From NCBI GenBank assembly GCA_046290465.1, contig JBKAGP010000001.1:3680001-3744000 (forward strand): a DNA stretch of 64,000 nt. The letters are read 5' to 3'. Of the stretch, positions 28,791 through 38,937 are shown piece after piece (the stretch's first letter is position 1; every line of letters begins with the position of its first letter). A program made the position numbers and the translations under genes. This DNA is from Planctomycetota bacterium. Its GTDB lineage: Bacteria > Planctomycetota > UBA1135 > UBA2386. Below the pieces are notes generated by a model that saw nothing but the letters and a program-made list of their open reading frames with translations, made no database searches and was not told where the DNA came from.

Positions 28791-29234
28791 ATGGCCCAGA
28801 GCTTCCGCATCCTGCTGGTTGAAGACGACGACTCCCTGCGCGGGTGTCTCGGCGAATTCCTGCAGAGCCAGGGCTGGGGCGTGTCGGCGACGGCCTTCGC
28901 GACGGAGGCCATGCAGCTGGCTCGCCAACAGCGCTTCGACTTCGGTCTGCTGGACTTCCACCTGCCGGAGACGACCGGCGTCGAACTGCTGCAGCAGCTG
29001 CTGACGGTTCGCCCGCTGCCGTCGATCCTGATGTCCGGCCTGGCCAACCCGACCGAGGTGGCCGCGGCACAGCAGGCCGGCTTCTTCACCTTCTTGCGCA
29101 AGCCGCTCGACCTGAGCCAGCTGCGCCAGTCGCTCGAGCGGCTGATCCAATCGCACTTCGGCGGACCGCTGGCGCCGTGGAGGCACCCACCGGGCGTCTC
29201 CGAATGCCTGCGCCGCCACCCCCCGACGCCGTGA
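28791..29234 (+). CDS. Single-domain response regulator
   Basis: LLVEDD, LLDFHLP, MSG and LRKP. Confidence 0.88.
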   Translation: MAQSFRILLVEDDDSLRGCLGEFLQSQGWGVSATAFATEAMQLARQQRFDFGLLDFHLPETTGVELLQQLLTVRPLPSILMSGLANPTEVAAAQQAGFFTFLRKPLDLSQLRQSLERLIQSHFGGPLAPWRHPPGVSECLRRHPPTP

Positions 29235-29316
29235 CCCGCGGGGCTTCGAGCCCGCATCCGACGTCCCTCCCTCTCCCCATCCCCACTCTCAGACTGAACC
29301 CCACGAAGGAACTGAA

Positions 29317-29622
29317 ATGGCCAAGACCAAGACCTCGACCGTGACCCCCCTCGGCGACCGTGTGCTCGTCAAGCGCGTCCAGGCGGACGACAAGACGAAG
29401 GGCGGCATCATCCTGCCCGACTCCGCCAAGGAGAAGCCGCGCGAAGGCGTGGTGATGGCGGTCGGTCTCGGCAAGCTGCTCGACAACGGCGAGCGCCAGG
29501 CGCTCTCGGTCAAGAAGAAGGACCGCGTCCTGTTCTCGAGCTACGCCGGCTCGGAGATCAAGCTCGACGGCGAAGAGATGATGATCCTCGGTGAGGACGA
29601 GATCCTCGCGATCATCGACTGA
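29317..29622 (+). CDS. groES: Co-chaperonin GroES
   Basis: [31 protein letters not shown]. Confidence 0.97.
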   Translation: MAKTKTSTVTPLGDRVLVKRVQADDKTKGGIILPDSAKEKPREGVVMAVGLGKLLDNGERQALSVKKKDRVLFSSYAGSEIKLDGEEMMILGEDEILAIID

Positions 29623-29666
29623 CGCCAGTTCCTCCCGACAACCCCCACCCCAGCAAGAACATTCCC

Positions 29667-31361
29667 ATGGCAGTCAAGAAGATCGCTTACGACCAGGAAG
29701 CGCGTGAGCGCATGCGCGACGGCGTCAAGCAGCTCGCCCGCGCCGTCAAGGTCACCCTCGGCCCGCGCGGTCGCAATGTCATCATCGAGAAGTCGTTCGG
29801 CAGCCCGACCGTCACCAAGGACGGCGTCTCGGTCGCCAAGGAGATCGAGCTCGAAGGCAAGTACGAGAACCTCGGCGCCCAGCTCGTCAAGGAAGTCGCC
29901 TCGAAGACGTCGGACGTCGCCGGTGACGGCACGACGACCGCGACCGTGCTCGCCGAGGCCATCTTCGAAGAAGGCATCAAGAACGTCACCGCCGGCGCCA
30001 ACCCGGTCGCGCTGAAGCGCGGCATCGAGAAGGCCGTCGAGGCCGTCGTCGGCCAGGTCCGCAAGATCAAGATCGACGTCAAGGGCAAGAAGGAGATCGC
30101 CCAGGTCGGTTCGATCGCCGCCAACAACGACGAGGAGATCGGCGGCATCCTGTCGGACGCGATGGAGCGCGTCGGCAAGGACGGCGTGATCACCGTCGAA
30201 GAGGGCAAGAGCCTCGCGACCGAGGTCAACTGGGTCGAGGGCATGCAGTTCGACAAGGGCTACCTGTCGCCGCACTTCGCCACCAACCAGGAGAAGATGG
30301 AGGCGGAGCTCGAGAACCCCTTCATCCTGATCCACGAGAAGAAGATCTCGTCGATCAAGGACATGCTGCCGCTGCTCGAGAAGATCGCGCAGAGCGGCCG
30401 TCCGTTGCTGATCATCGCCGAGGACATCGAAGGCGAAGCGCTGGCGACGCTGGTCGTCAACAAGCTGCGCGGCGTGTTCAAGTGCTGCGCGGTCAAGGCG
30501 CCGGGCTTCGGTGACCGCCGCAAGGCCATGATGGAGGACATCGCGATCGTCACCGGCGGCAAGGCGATCTTCGAGGACCTCGGCATCAACCTCGAGGGCC
30601 TGACCACCGCCGACCTCGGTTCGGCCAAGAAGGTCATCGTCGGCAAGGACGACTGCACCATCGTCGAAGGCGCCGGCAAGCCGAAGGACACCAAGGCCCG
30701 CATGGAGCAGATCCGCGCCGAGATCGGTCGGACGACGTCGGACTACGACCGTGAGAAGCTCCAGGAGCGCCTCGCGAAGATCTCGGGCGGCGTCGCCCAG
30801 ATCATGGTCGGAGCCGCGACCGAGGCCGAGATGAAGGAGAAGAAGGCCCGCGTCGAAGACGCCCTGCACGCGACCCGCGCCGCGGTCGAAGAGGGCATTG
30901 TCGCCGGTGGTGGCACCGCGCTGGTGCGCGCCGCCGCGATCCTCGAGGGCCTCAAGCTCCAGGGCGACGAGCGCATCGGCGCCGACATCGTGCGCCGCGC
31001 GCTGGAGGCCCCGATGCGCCAGATCGCCGCCAACGCCGGCGTCGACGGCTCGATCGTGATCCAGACCGTTCGCAGCAACAAGAGCGACACGTTCGGATAC
31101 AACGCGCGCACCGGCAACTACGAGGACATGATCAAGGCCGGCGTCGTCGACCCGGCGAAGGTCACCTCGGCCGCGCTGCAGAACGCAGCTTCGGTCGCGA
31201 CGCTGCTGCTGACGACCGAAGCCCTGATCAGCTCGGTGCCGGAGAAGAAGTCGGCCGGCGGCGGCCACGACCACGACCATGGCGACATGGGTGGTATGGG
31301 CGGCATGGGTGGCATGGGTGGCATGGGCGGAATGGGCGGCATGCCCGGCATGGGCTTCTAG
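29667..31361 (+). CDS. groEL: Chaperonin GroEL
   Basis: [26 protein letters not shown] and GGM tail. Confidence 0.98.
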   Translation: MAVKKIAYDQEARERMRDGVKQLARAVKVTLGPRGRNVIIEKSFGSPTVTKDGVSVAKEIELEGKYENLGAQLVKEVASKTSDVAGDGTTTATVLAEAIFEEGIKNVTAGANPVALKRGIEKAVEAVVGQVRKIKIDVKGKKEIAQVGSIAANNDEEIGGILSDAMERVGKDGVITVEEGKSLATEVNWVEGMQFDKGYLSPHFATNQEKMEAELENPFILIHEKKISSIKDMLPLLEKIAQSGRPLLIIAEDIEGEALATLVVNKLRGVFKCCAVKAPGFGDRRKAMMEDIAIVTGGKAIFEDLGINLEGLTTADLGSAKKVIVGKDDCTIVEGAGKPKDTKARMEQIRAEIGRTTSDYDREKLQERLAKISGGVAQIMVGAATEAEMKEKKARVEDALHATRAAVEEGIVAGGGTALVRAAAILEGLKLQGDERIGADIVRRALEAPMRQIAANAGVDGSIVIQTVRSNKSDTFGYNARTGNYEDMIKAGVVDPAKVTSAALQNAASVATLLLTTEALISSVPEKKSAGGGHDHDHGDMGGMGGMGGMGGMGGMGGMPGMGF

Positions 31362-31385
31362 TCCGCGCCCGCCCGACCCCATCCG

Positions 31386-31435
31386 AACGACAACGGCCCG
31401 ACGACGCGAAACCGCGTCGTCGGGCCGTTGTCGTT
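31386..31435. terminator. Long hairpin after groEL (23-bp perfect stem, 4-nt loop)
   Basis: aacgacaacggcccgacgacgcg-aaac-cgcgtcgtcgggccgttgtcgtt between convergent genes; weak U tract. Confidence 0.7.
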
Positions 31436-31593
31436 GGTGGCCTGTCCTTGGTGGCCCTGTCGTTGCAAGCGTCGCCCGTCGTGGCGTGGTCGTTCGCGCC
31501 GTCGTCGTTGCTGGCGAACTCGCCGCCCGGCTACTTGATCTTGTCGCCTCGTCGCCGCTTCTCGAGCCTGGACGTCGGGAGTCGGGCGGGCGA

Positions 31594-31761
31594 TCAGGTG
31601 GTGACCTGTCGTCGACCGGCGACGGCGCTCAGCACCAGCAGCACCAGGAACACGACGAACAGCACCTTGGCGATCCAGGCGAAGTCGGCGGCGATGCCCG
31701 TGAAGCCGAAGAGCGCGGCGACCAGGGCGAACAGGAGGAACATCACGGTCCAGCGAAGCAT
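31594..31761 (-). CDS. DUF1328/UPF0391 small membrane protein
   Basis: [35 protein letters not shown]. Confidence 0.9.
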   Translation of the reverse strand: MLRWTVMFLLFALVAALFGFTGIAADFAWIAKVLFVVFLVLLVLSAVAGRRQVTT

Positions 31762-31773
31762 GGGCGGAGCCGG

Positions 31774-31789
31774 AGCAACGGTCGTGCCG
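31774..31789 (-). promoter_or_regulatory. sigma54-type promoter for DUF1328
   Basis: Minus strand CGGCACG-ACCG-TTGCT. Confidence 0.6.
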
Positions 31790-31942
31790 CCAACCCGGAT
31801 TGCGCCTCGTCCAGAGGAAGCACCCGCCGGATCCACCCCGCGCCGTGCAGGCGGTGCATGCAAGCCGTGCAGATCGTGCAAAGGATGCACGCCGATCGCG
31901 GTTCGTGCGCGGGTACAGGTGCGTCGGGCCGCAGAACGGCGC

Positions 31943-31957
31943 TGGCACGCTTGTTGA
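31943..31957 (+). promoter_or_regulatory. sigma54-type promoter (variant -12) for the lipoprotein-mscS unit
   Basis: TGGCACG-CTTG-TTGA. Confidence 0.45.
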
Positions 31958-31969
31958 ACGTGGCACGGC

Positions 31970-32404
31970 ATGGCCACCAACCGCAATCGTCGCGCATGGC
32001 AGTGCGCGTTCCTCGGCTCGTTCCTCGCCGCGTGCTCCGGCAACGCGGCCCACGCCGGCGAATCCGAAGCCGCGAAGGAGCTGCGCGAAGCCCGTCAGGC
32101 GCTCGGCCGCTGGAGTGAGATGAAGGCGGAGCAGTTCGAGGACGCGACGCAGCGCCTGCTGCGTGCGACCGAAGCCCGCCTGACCGAACTGCGCAACCGC
32201 GCCGCCAACTCCGAACTCGCCGACGACACCCGCGACGCGATCGCCAAGCTCGAGACCGAGAGCGAAGCACTGGGCGAGCGCCTGGTCGAGCTGAAGGACG
32301 CGACCGGCGACCAGCTGCAGAAGGCGCGCAAGGCCGTGGTCGATGCCGCGGAAGCGGCCGCCGACCGGGTCGAGAAGGCCTGGAAGGCACTGACCGACGG
32401 CTAA
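31970..32404 (+). CDS. Coiled-coil lipoprotein
   Basis: Lipobox FLAAC; amphipathic helical body. Confidence 0.75.
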   Translation: MATNRNRRAWQCAFLGSFLAACSGNAAHAGESEAAKELREARQALGRWSEMKAEQFEDATQRLLRATEARLTELRNRAANSELADDTRDAIAKLETESEALGERLVELKDATGDQLQKARKAVVDAAEAAADRVEKAWKALTDG

Positions 32405-32431
32405 CGGCAGCAGATCCAGACCAGAACGCCG

Positions 32432-33352
32432 ATGACGATCGTGACGATGCCCGTGCAGGATGCCGCCGAGCAGACCGAGCTGCAGATCATCCTGCAGCGG
32501 CTGCACGCGCTGTGGACCGAGACGTTGGCCGCCGCGCCGCGCCTCACCGTGGCGCTGGTGGCGCTGCTGCTCACCTGGCTGGTCGCGAGCGGCGGGGTTC
32601 GCCTGCTGCGGCACTTCCTCGCGCGCACGTCGATGCGCAACTCGCTGCAGGACCTGCTGCGACAACTCGCCTACGCGGCGACCTGGATCCTCGGCCTGCT
32701 GGTCGCGGCCAACATCGCGTTCCCGACGCTGACGCCGGGCAAGACGCTGACCGCGCTCGGCATCGGCTCGATCGCGATCGGGTTCGCCTTCAAGGACATC
32801 TTCGAGAACTTCTTCGCGGGCGTGCTGATCCTGTGGCGCTTTCCGTTCGAGAACGGCGACTTCATCCGCTGCGGCGACCTGACCGGGCGCGTCGAGGAGA
32901 CGACGATCCGGATGACGCTCGTGCGGCAGGTCGACGGGCGCCTGCTGGTCGTGCCGAACGCGCGCCTGTTCAAGGACCCGGTCGAGGTGCTCACCGCGGA
33001 GGAACTCGCCCGACTCGAACTGACCGTCGGCATCGCCTATGGCGAGAACATCGACGCGGCGCGCGAGGTGATCCTCGGCGCGGTCCGCGACCAGCCGACC
33101 GTCGCCGACAAGCGTCCGGTCGACGTGCAGGTCTGCGAGTTCAACGACAGCAGCGTCGACTTCCGCATCCTGTGCTGGACCGGCTCCGACCCGGCCGCCC
33201 GCCGCGACGCCACCGACCAGATCCTGACCGCGACCAAGGCCGCGCTGGACGAGGCCGGCATCGAGATCCCGTTCCCGTATCGGACGCTGACGCTCGGCCG
33301 CGACGAACCGCGACGCCTGGTCGAGGCGGTGACCGCCGCCAACGGCCGCTGA
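32432..33352 (+). CDS. mscS: Small-conductance mechanosensitive channel
   Basis: ALGIGSIAIGFAFKDIFENFFAG, PF..GD.I and VPN. Confidence 0.9.
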   Translation: MTIVTMPVQDAAEQTELQIILQRLHALWTETLAAAPRLTVALVALLLTWLVASGGVRLLRHFLARTSMRNSLQDLLRQLAYAATWILGLLVAANIAFPTLTPGKTLTALGIGSIAIGFAFKDIFENFFAGVLILWRFPFENGDFIRCGDLTGRVEETTIRMTLVRQVDGRLLVVPNARLFKDPVEVLTAEELARLELTVGIAYGENIDAAREVILGAVRDQPTVADKRPVDVQVCEFNDSSVDFRILCWTGSDPAARRDATDQILTATKAALDEAGIEIPFPYRTLTLGRDEPRRLVEAVTAANGR

Positions 33353-33383
33353 CCGGGCCGCGGCCGGGCGCTACGCTGCCGCG

Positions 33384-33659
33384 ATGGCCAGCGAGTTCGA
33401 GTGCCGCGTCGGCTGCGGCGCCTGCTGCATCGCCCCGTCGATCGCGACCCCGTTCTTCGGCATGCCCCACGGCAAGCGGGCCGGCGAACGCTGCGTGCAC
33501 CTCGACCCGGCCAACCTCTGCACCCTGTTCGGCAAGCCCGAGCGACCAGCATGGTGCAACGACCTGCGCCCATCCCAGGAGATGTGCCGCGACGACGACG
33601 AAGCCGCCATGCAGACCCTCGAACAGCTGGAGCGCGAAACCCGACCAACGAACGAGTGA
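33384..33659 (+). CDS. YkgJ family cysteine-cluster protein
   Basis: CRVGCGACCIAPSI, GKRAGERC and RP..C. Confidence 0.9.
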   Translation: MASEFECRVGCGACCIAPSIATPFFGMPHGKRAGERCVHLDPANLCTLFGKPERPAWCNDLRPSQEMCRDDDEAAMQTLEQLERETRPTNE

Positions 33660-33668
33660 GCAGCCCTG

Positions 33669-33742
33669 GACACCGCATACCGAACCCGGTTCATCCTGCG
33701 CCACTTGTCGCGCAGGATGAACCGGGTTCGGTATGCGGTGTC
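33669..33742. repeat. Perfect 33-bp inverted repeat (REP doublet, type A arms)
   Basis: gacaccgcataccgaacccggttcatcctgcgc-N8-exact reverse complement; the arms recur at 51459 and 51574. Confidence 0.92.
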
Positions 33743-33756
33743 GGTGTCCGGGGTGG

Positions 33757-35115
33757 TCAGTGGAGCAGTTCGAGGCACATCGACTGCACGTCGGTTGCGG
33801 CGACGCGGTCGCGCGCCAGCGAACGGTCGCTGCACACGAAGACCGGTCCGGCGTCGGCGTCGTCGTAGAGGCGGCCGTGTGAGCCCATCACCTGTGAGGG
33901 ATCGGTCGGGATGACGTCCATCAGGTAGCGGAAGCCGAGCAGCTTCTTGGCGAGCACGCGCGCCACCTTGAGCTTGGGGAAGCGGATCTTCGGGTCGACG
34001 AACAGCTCGGCCGGGTCGTAGCCGGGCTTGCGGTGGATGTCGACGCAGGTCGCGAAGTCGGGGCGACGCGCCTCGTCGAGCCAGTAGTGGTAGGCAAACC
34101 AACAGCCCGGCTCGGCGACGCAGACCAGTTCGCCGCTGCGCTCGTGGTCGACGTGCAGCTCCTTCTGCTGTTCGCGATCGAGCACGCGGCCGACACCCGA
34201 CACCTGCTGCAGCAGCCCACGAACGTGCTCGACGTCGCCGGCATCGCGCACGTAGACGTGCGCGCACTGGTGGTCGGCGACGACGAACGCCCGGCTCGCG
34301 CCGCAGTCGAGCAGCTGGCCGTGCGAGGTCTCCTGCACGCGCAGCAGACCCTGTTCGTGCAGGACGCGGTTGAGGAACACCGGCTTGCTGGCCTTCTCGA
34401 TGCCGTACTCGGACAGCACCACGACCTGCGCCCCCCGACCGCGCGCATCGTCGATCAGGCGCTTGCACTGCACGTCCAGGTCCTGCACCGCCTGCACGCT
34501 GCGCGGATCGTCCGGCCCCCAACGCTGGTGGTCGTAGTCGAGGTGCGGCAGGTAGACGAGCATCAGGTCCGGATCGTGCCGGCGCGCGACCGAAAGCGAC
34601 GAAGACGCGATCCACTCACTCGACCGGATGCCGGCGCGCGGCCCCCAGAAGTCGAACAGCGGGAAGTCGCCGAGCTCCTGCTGCAACTCGCGGTGCAGGT
34701 CCTGCGGCTCGCTGTAGAGGCCGGGCTTCTTGAGGCCGTCGGCGTGGTATTCGGGCCGCGGCGTCACCGACCAGTCGGTGCGCGCATACATGTTCCACCA
34801 CCAGAACATCTTGGCGGTGCTCAGGCCGTGCCGGTCCCTGGCGATCTCGTAGAGCTTGTCGCCGCGGACGATCTGGTTGGGCTGCCGCCACAGCATCACC
34901 TGCGCGAGGTCGCGCCAGTACCAGCCGTTGGCGACAGCACCGTGGCCCGACGGCTGCAGCCCGGTCAGGAACGTCGCCTGCGCGGTGCACGTGACCGCGG
35001 GGAACACCGTGTCGAGCGGCGCGGCGAAGCCCTCTTCCCCGAGCGCTCGGATCGACGGCGCGTGGGCGAGGTCCTTCGGGCGTAGACCGACGGCGAGGAT
35101 GACGCAGAGCTTCAC
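33757..35115 (-). CDS. Alkaline phosphatase superfamily nucleotide pyrophosphatase/phosphodiesterase (EboF-like)
   Basis: FPAVTCTAQ, YLPHLDY, SEYG, DIHRKPGYDP and GSHG. Confidence 0.85.
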   Translation of the reverse strand: MKLCVILAVGLRPKDLAHAPSIRALGEEGFAAPLDTVFPAVTCTAQATFLTGLQPSGHGAVANGWYWRDLAQVMLWRQPNQIVRGDKLYEIARDRHGLSTAKMFWWWNMYARTDWSVTPRPEYHADGLKKPGLYSEPQDLHRELQQELGDFPLFDFWGPRAGIRSSEWIASSSLSVARRHDPDLMLVYLPHLDYDHQRWGPDDPRSVQAVQDLDVQCKRLIDDARGRGAQVVVLSEYGIEKASKPVFLNRVLHEQGLLRVQETSHGQLLDCGASRAFVVADHQCAHVYVRDAGDVEHVRGLLQQVSGVGRVLDREQQKELHVDHERSGELVCVAEPGCWFAYHYWLDEARRPDFATCVDIHRKPGYDPAELFVDPKIRFPKLKVARVLAKKLLGFRYLMDVIPTDPSQVMGSHGRLYDDADAGPVFVCSDRSLARDRVAATDVQSMCLELLH

Positions 35116-35180
35116 GGACGCAGCGTCGCGCGGGTGCTCGCCGCGGTCAACTCGCGCTGCCGCCTATCGCGCCGCTGCCG

Positions 35181-38100
35181 CTATCGGCGCAGGGTGACCT
35201 GCGACTCCTTGCCGGTCAGTTCGTGCGTCGTCACGTGCCCGTCCGGCCAGCGCACCTCGAGCGAACCCACCACGCCGGGGAACGACAGCGCGGCGGTCGA
35301 CTGGGTCAGGTAGCCGTCGCCGGCCACGACCTCGCGCACCCGCGTCCGCCCCTCCGCGCCGGTCCAGACGACCTTGGCGCCGATCCCGGTCGGGTTGCCC
35401 TTCGGCCCCGCCAACCGCACGCGGAGGAAGCCGTTGTGCGACGACGCCATCGGGACCCAGGCGGAACTGTGGTGGTCGTCGTTGCGAACGTGCAAGACAT
35501 TGAGGTCGCCGCCGTCGTCGCACCAGCGAAGCAGGCCGCGGTGGTCCCCAGCGCGCGCGTCGAGGATCTGCTGATCGACACACACGCCTGCCCGGAAGGT
35601 CATCCACGCGCCGAGGCCACCGTCGGTCCTGCCGGTCTCCGGCTCCGGCGAGAAGAAGTTGTGCGCGATCTGGAGGAAGATGCTGTCCGGACTCGCCTCG
35701 GTCGCGAGCACGCCGAAGCCGGTCGAGATCTGCGCGCGGCGCGGCAACGCGTGCATCCGGAACGTGCCGTCGTCGTTCTCGAACCAGACGTGCCGCAGTT
35801 CGTTGCACGACAGCGCCAGGCACTCGTCGAGCTTGTCGCCGTAGATGTCGCCGAGCGTGGCCTTCGCAAACTGGTCGAACGTCGGGAACTTCTTGCGAAC
35901 GAACGGCATCGCCTGGCTGCTGCAGCTGAGCCCGCGCACCGGCAGCGTCCGGTCGCCCGAGTGCTTGGCCTCGACGACGTCCATCGTGCCGTTGCCGTCG
36001 AAGTCCGTCGCGAAGATCTCCATCGGCTTGCTCGCGCTGGCCTTGTACTTCGTGTTGAGGCCGAGGTTGCTCACCACCAGGTCGAAGTCCCCGTCGTGAT
36101 CGAGGTCGGCCGAGAGGATGCCGTTCCACAGCCCGCGCACGCCTGCAAGGCCGACCTGCTCGGTGCGGTCGACGAGGCGCTCACCACCATCGTTGCGCAG
36201 CACGCGCACCGGCTGCCACTGCGCGGCCACCACCAGGTCGACGAAACCGTCGTCGTCGAGGTCGCTCCAGCACGCGCTCGAGACCATGCCGAGCAGGCGG
36301 CACTGCGGTGCGACCTCGTCGGTCGCGTCGACGAACCGGCCGCCCTCGTTGCGCAACAGCATGCTCGGCGGCGCCTGCGGGAACCGTCCGGGGATCTGGC
36401 GCCCGCCGACGAACAGGTCGACATCACCGTCCCGGTCGAAGTCCGCCGCCGCGACGCAGCTCGCGCTGGTCCGCACGTCCGGGATCACGCCGTCTGCCGC
36501 GCGCGTGAAGCCACCCGCACCGTCGTTGACGTAGAGGCGATCGCGCAGCAGCGAGGTGTCGTCCCCGCATTCGTTGCTGCCGCTCGCGACATAGAGGTCG
36601 AGGTCGCCGTCGCCGTCGAAATCGACGAACACAGCGCCCATGTCCTCGTAGCGCGCGTCCTCCTGCCACGGCCCGGCGATGCGTTCGATCTCGACGTCCC
36701 GGCTCAGCCCCTTCAGCAACGAGCCGGCCTGCCCGGCCGCGCCGCCGAGCCAGATCGCGTCACCCTGGCCGCCGAGCCGGGCGGCCGCGGCGCCAGGGCC
36801 GAGCCGCGACAGCCGGTGCGGCAGCAGCGGCTGCGCCGCGAAGTCGTCGAACTCCGCTTCGACGTGGCGCACGTCCTCGAACTCGTCGTTGAGGCTGCCG
36901 ACCACCCGTTCGGGCTTGGTCGCCGCCTTGGGCGCGTGCGTCTGCCGCACGACCACGCGGTGGTCGACCGGCACGTTCACCACCAGCTGCGACGTCCCGT
37001 TGGGCCAGCGAACGCGCAGCTCGTCGACCTTCGCCGCGTCACCGAGACCGAAGTGCTCCACCGCCTCACCGGCGCTCATGTAGCCGCGCGTCAGCGACAC
37101 CTGGCGAACGTGCGTCGCGCCGCCGGCGACGACCTCGATCCGGGCGCCGACGCCGTGCGTGTTGCCGTCGGCCCCGCGCAGCTCGACCAACAGCCGATGC
37201 GTGCCCGACGTGCGGTTCTCGAACACGCTGGCCTCGGCGTTGAGGTTGTTGGTCACGATGTCGAGGTCGCCGTCGCGGTCGAGGTCGACGACCACCGCGC
37301 CGTGCGTGACGCCGGACTCGTCGAGCCCCCAGGCCACGCCGATGTCCTCGAACTTCAGGTCGCCGACGTTGCGGCGCGCGATGTTCTTCTCGTCGACGCG
37401 CGGCATGTTGCGCATCACGTCGAGCGCGGCCTGGTAGCGCTGGTCCTGCCACAGCGCCTTGACGCGATCGCCGATGTCCGGATTGTCGGCGAACACCGGG
37501 ATGCCGTTGGTCGCGTAGAAGTCTTGTCGCCCGTCCTCGTCGAGGTCCGCGAACCGCACCGTCCAGGTCCAGTCGGTGCTCGCCAGGCCAGCCATGTGCG
37601 CGCACTCGAGGAACCGCTCGGTGCCGGTGTTCACGTACAGCGCGTTGCGCATGTACTGCTGCGGGTCGCTGTTCATCAAGAACCAGCGGTGCTGGTCCAT
37701 GTGCCCCATCAGCATCTTGCCCATGTAGTGGGTCGTGCTCGACATGTCGGCGACGCACAGGTCCATGCGTCCGTCGTGGTCGATGTCGGCGAAGTCACAG
37801 CCCATGCCGAAGAACGCCGTGTGCGGCAGGCGGCTGGTCACGTCCTCGAACGTGCCGTCGCCACGGTTGCGCCACATCAGGTCCGGCGACTGGAAGTCGT
37901 TGGCGACGTAGAGGTCCTGGTAGCCGTCGTCGTCGAAGTCCCACCAGACGACCGACAGCCCGTTGCCGTGGTCCTCGAGGCCGGTCTCGGCGGTCACGTC
38001 GACGAACGTCGCGTAGCCGTCGTTGCGGAACAGCCGGTCCTGCTGCCCCGCCATGAACGTGCGGCCGTCCAGCTCGAACGTCATCTCGGGCGCGAGCAGC

Positions 38101-38813
38101 TCGCCCTTGCCCTTCTGGATAGCGGCTGGCGGCGTCGTCTCCTGCACGATCTCGCGCGCCAGCGTCGGCCGGAACACCCGGTTGGTCAGCAGGTAGAGAT
38201 CGAGGTCGCCGTCGTTGTCGTAGTCCGCGAACGCCGCGCCGGTCGACGCGAACGTCGCGCCGAGCCCGAACATGCCCGCCTTCTCGACGAACGTGCCGTC
38301 GCCGTTGTTGACGAACAGCAGGTTGGGCGACTCGAGGTTGCAGACGTAGAGGTCGAGGTCGCCGTCGCCGTCGACGTCGGCGAACGTCGCCGCCGTCCCC
38401 CACGCGTCGCCACCGTCGAGCCCAGTGCCGGCGAGCCCCGTGCCGGCGGTCGCCGTCACGTCCTCGAACTGCAGCGGCGCCGTCTGGCGGAACAGCTTGT
38501 TGGCGCCGTCCTGCGACACCAGGTAGACGTCGGGCAGGCCGTCGCCGTCGTAGTCGCCGACCGTCAGGCCGGCGCCCATGTAGACGTAGGCGACCGTGTT
38601 CTCGCGGCGCAGCTCGTTGCGGAACGACAGGCCCGTCGCGGCCGGATCGAGTCGGGAGAATCGCGTGCCGTCGACGACTGGCCGCTTCGCCAGCGGGGTC
38701 ATCGTGACCAGATCCTTCGCCTGCCCGGACCCGTTCGACGGCGCAGGCTCCTTCGAACACCCGACCATCGACCCAACGACCGCCAACACCACCAGCAACG
38801 CCGCGCGCGACAT
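35181..38813 (-). CDS. FG-GAP/VCBS repeat lipoprotein with ASPIC/UnbV domains (CRTAC1-like)
   Basis: Many DxDGDGDLD repeats, two N..G.GA...GY.S ASPIC motifs and lipobox MVGC. Confidence 0.9.
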   Translation of the reverse strand: MSRAALLVVLAVVGSMVGCSKEPAPSNGSGQAKDLVTMTPLAKRPVVDGTRFSRLDPAATGLSFRNELRRENTVAYVYMGAGLTVGDYDGDGLPDVYLVSQDGANKLFRQTAPLQFEDVTATAGTGLAGTGLDGGDAWGTAATFADVDGDGDLDLYVCNLESPNLLFVNNGDGTFVEKAGMFGLGATFASTGAAFADYDNDGDLDLYLLTNRVFRPTLAREIVQETTPPAAIQKGKGELLAPEMTFELDGRTFMAGQQDRLFRNDGYATFVDVTAETGLEDHGNGLSVVWWDFDDDGYQDLYVANDFQSPDLMWRNRGDGTFEDVTSRLPHTAFFGMGCDFADIDHDGRMDLCVADMSSTTHYMGKMLMGHMDQHRWFLMNSDPQQYMRNALYVNTGTERFLECAHMAGLASTDWTWTVRFADLDEDGRQDFYATNGIPVFADNPDIGDRVKALWQDQRYQAALDVMRNMPRVDEKNIARRNVGDLKFEDIGVAWGLDESGVTHGAVVVDLDRDGDLDIVTNNLNAEASVFENRTSGTHRLLVELRGADGNTHGVGARIEVVAGGATHVRQVSLTRGYMSAGEAVEHFGLGDAAKVDELRVRWPNGTSQLVVNVPVDHRVVVRQTHAPKAATKPERVVGSLNDEFEDVRHVEAEFDDFAAQPLLPHRLSRLGPGAAAARLGGQGDAIWLGGAAGQAGSLLKGLSRDVEIERIAGPWQEDARYEDMGAVFVDFDGDGDLDLYVASGSNECGDDTSLLRDRLYVNDGAGGFTRAADGVIPDVRTSASCVAAADFDRDGDVDLFVGGRQIPGRFPQAPPSMLLRNEGGRFVDATDEVAPQCRLLGMVSSACWSDLDDDGFVDLVVAAQWQPVRVLRNDGGERLVDRTEQVGLAGVRGLWNGILSADLDHDGDFDLVVSNLGLNTKYKASASKPMEIFATDFDGNGTMDVVEAKHSGDRTLPVRGLSCSSQAMPFVRKKFPTFDQFAKATLGDIYGDKLDECLALSCNELRHVWFENDDGTFRMHALPRRAQISTGFGVLATEASPDSIFLQIAHNFFSPEPETGRTDGGLGAWMTFRAGVCVDQQILDARAGDHRGLLRWCDDGGDLNVLHVRNDDHHSSAWVPMASSHNGFLRVRLAGPKGNPTGIGAKVVWTGAEGRTRVREVVAGDGYLTQSTAALSFPGVVGSLEVRWPDGHVTTHELTGKESQVTLRR

Positions 38814-38937
38814 GCCCCGATCATCCCTGGCCGAAGCGGGCCTGAACAGGGCCTTCACGCGGGCCGCATCGGCGCCGCCGATCATTCCACGGTCCCGCCT
38901 TTTCAGACCCCGCGACGCGTCGTAGTGTCGCCCCCGC

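Noticed and set aside
29235..29316. CIRCE/HrcA operator before groES
   Set aside because: No TTAGCACTC-N9-GAGTGCTAA match found by eye.
33757..35115. ebo gene cluster
   Set aside because: Only the EboF-like gene is present; no other ebo genes are adjacent.
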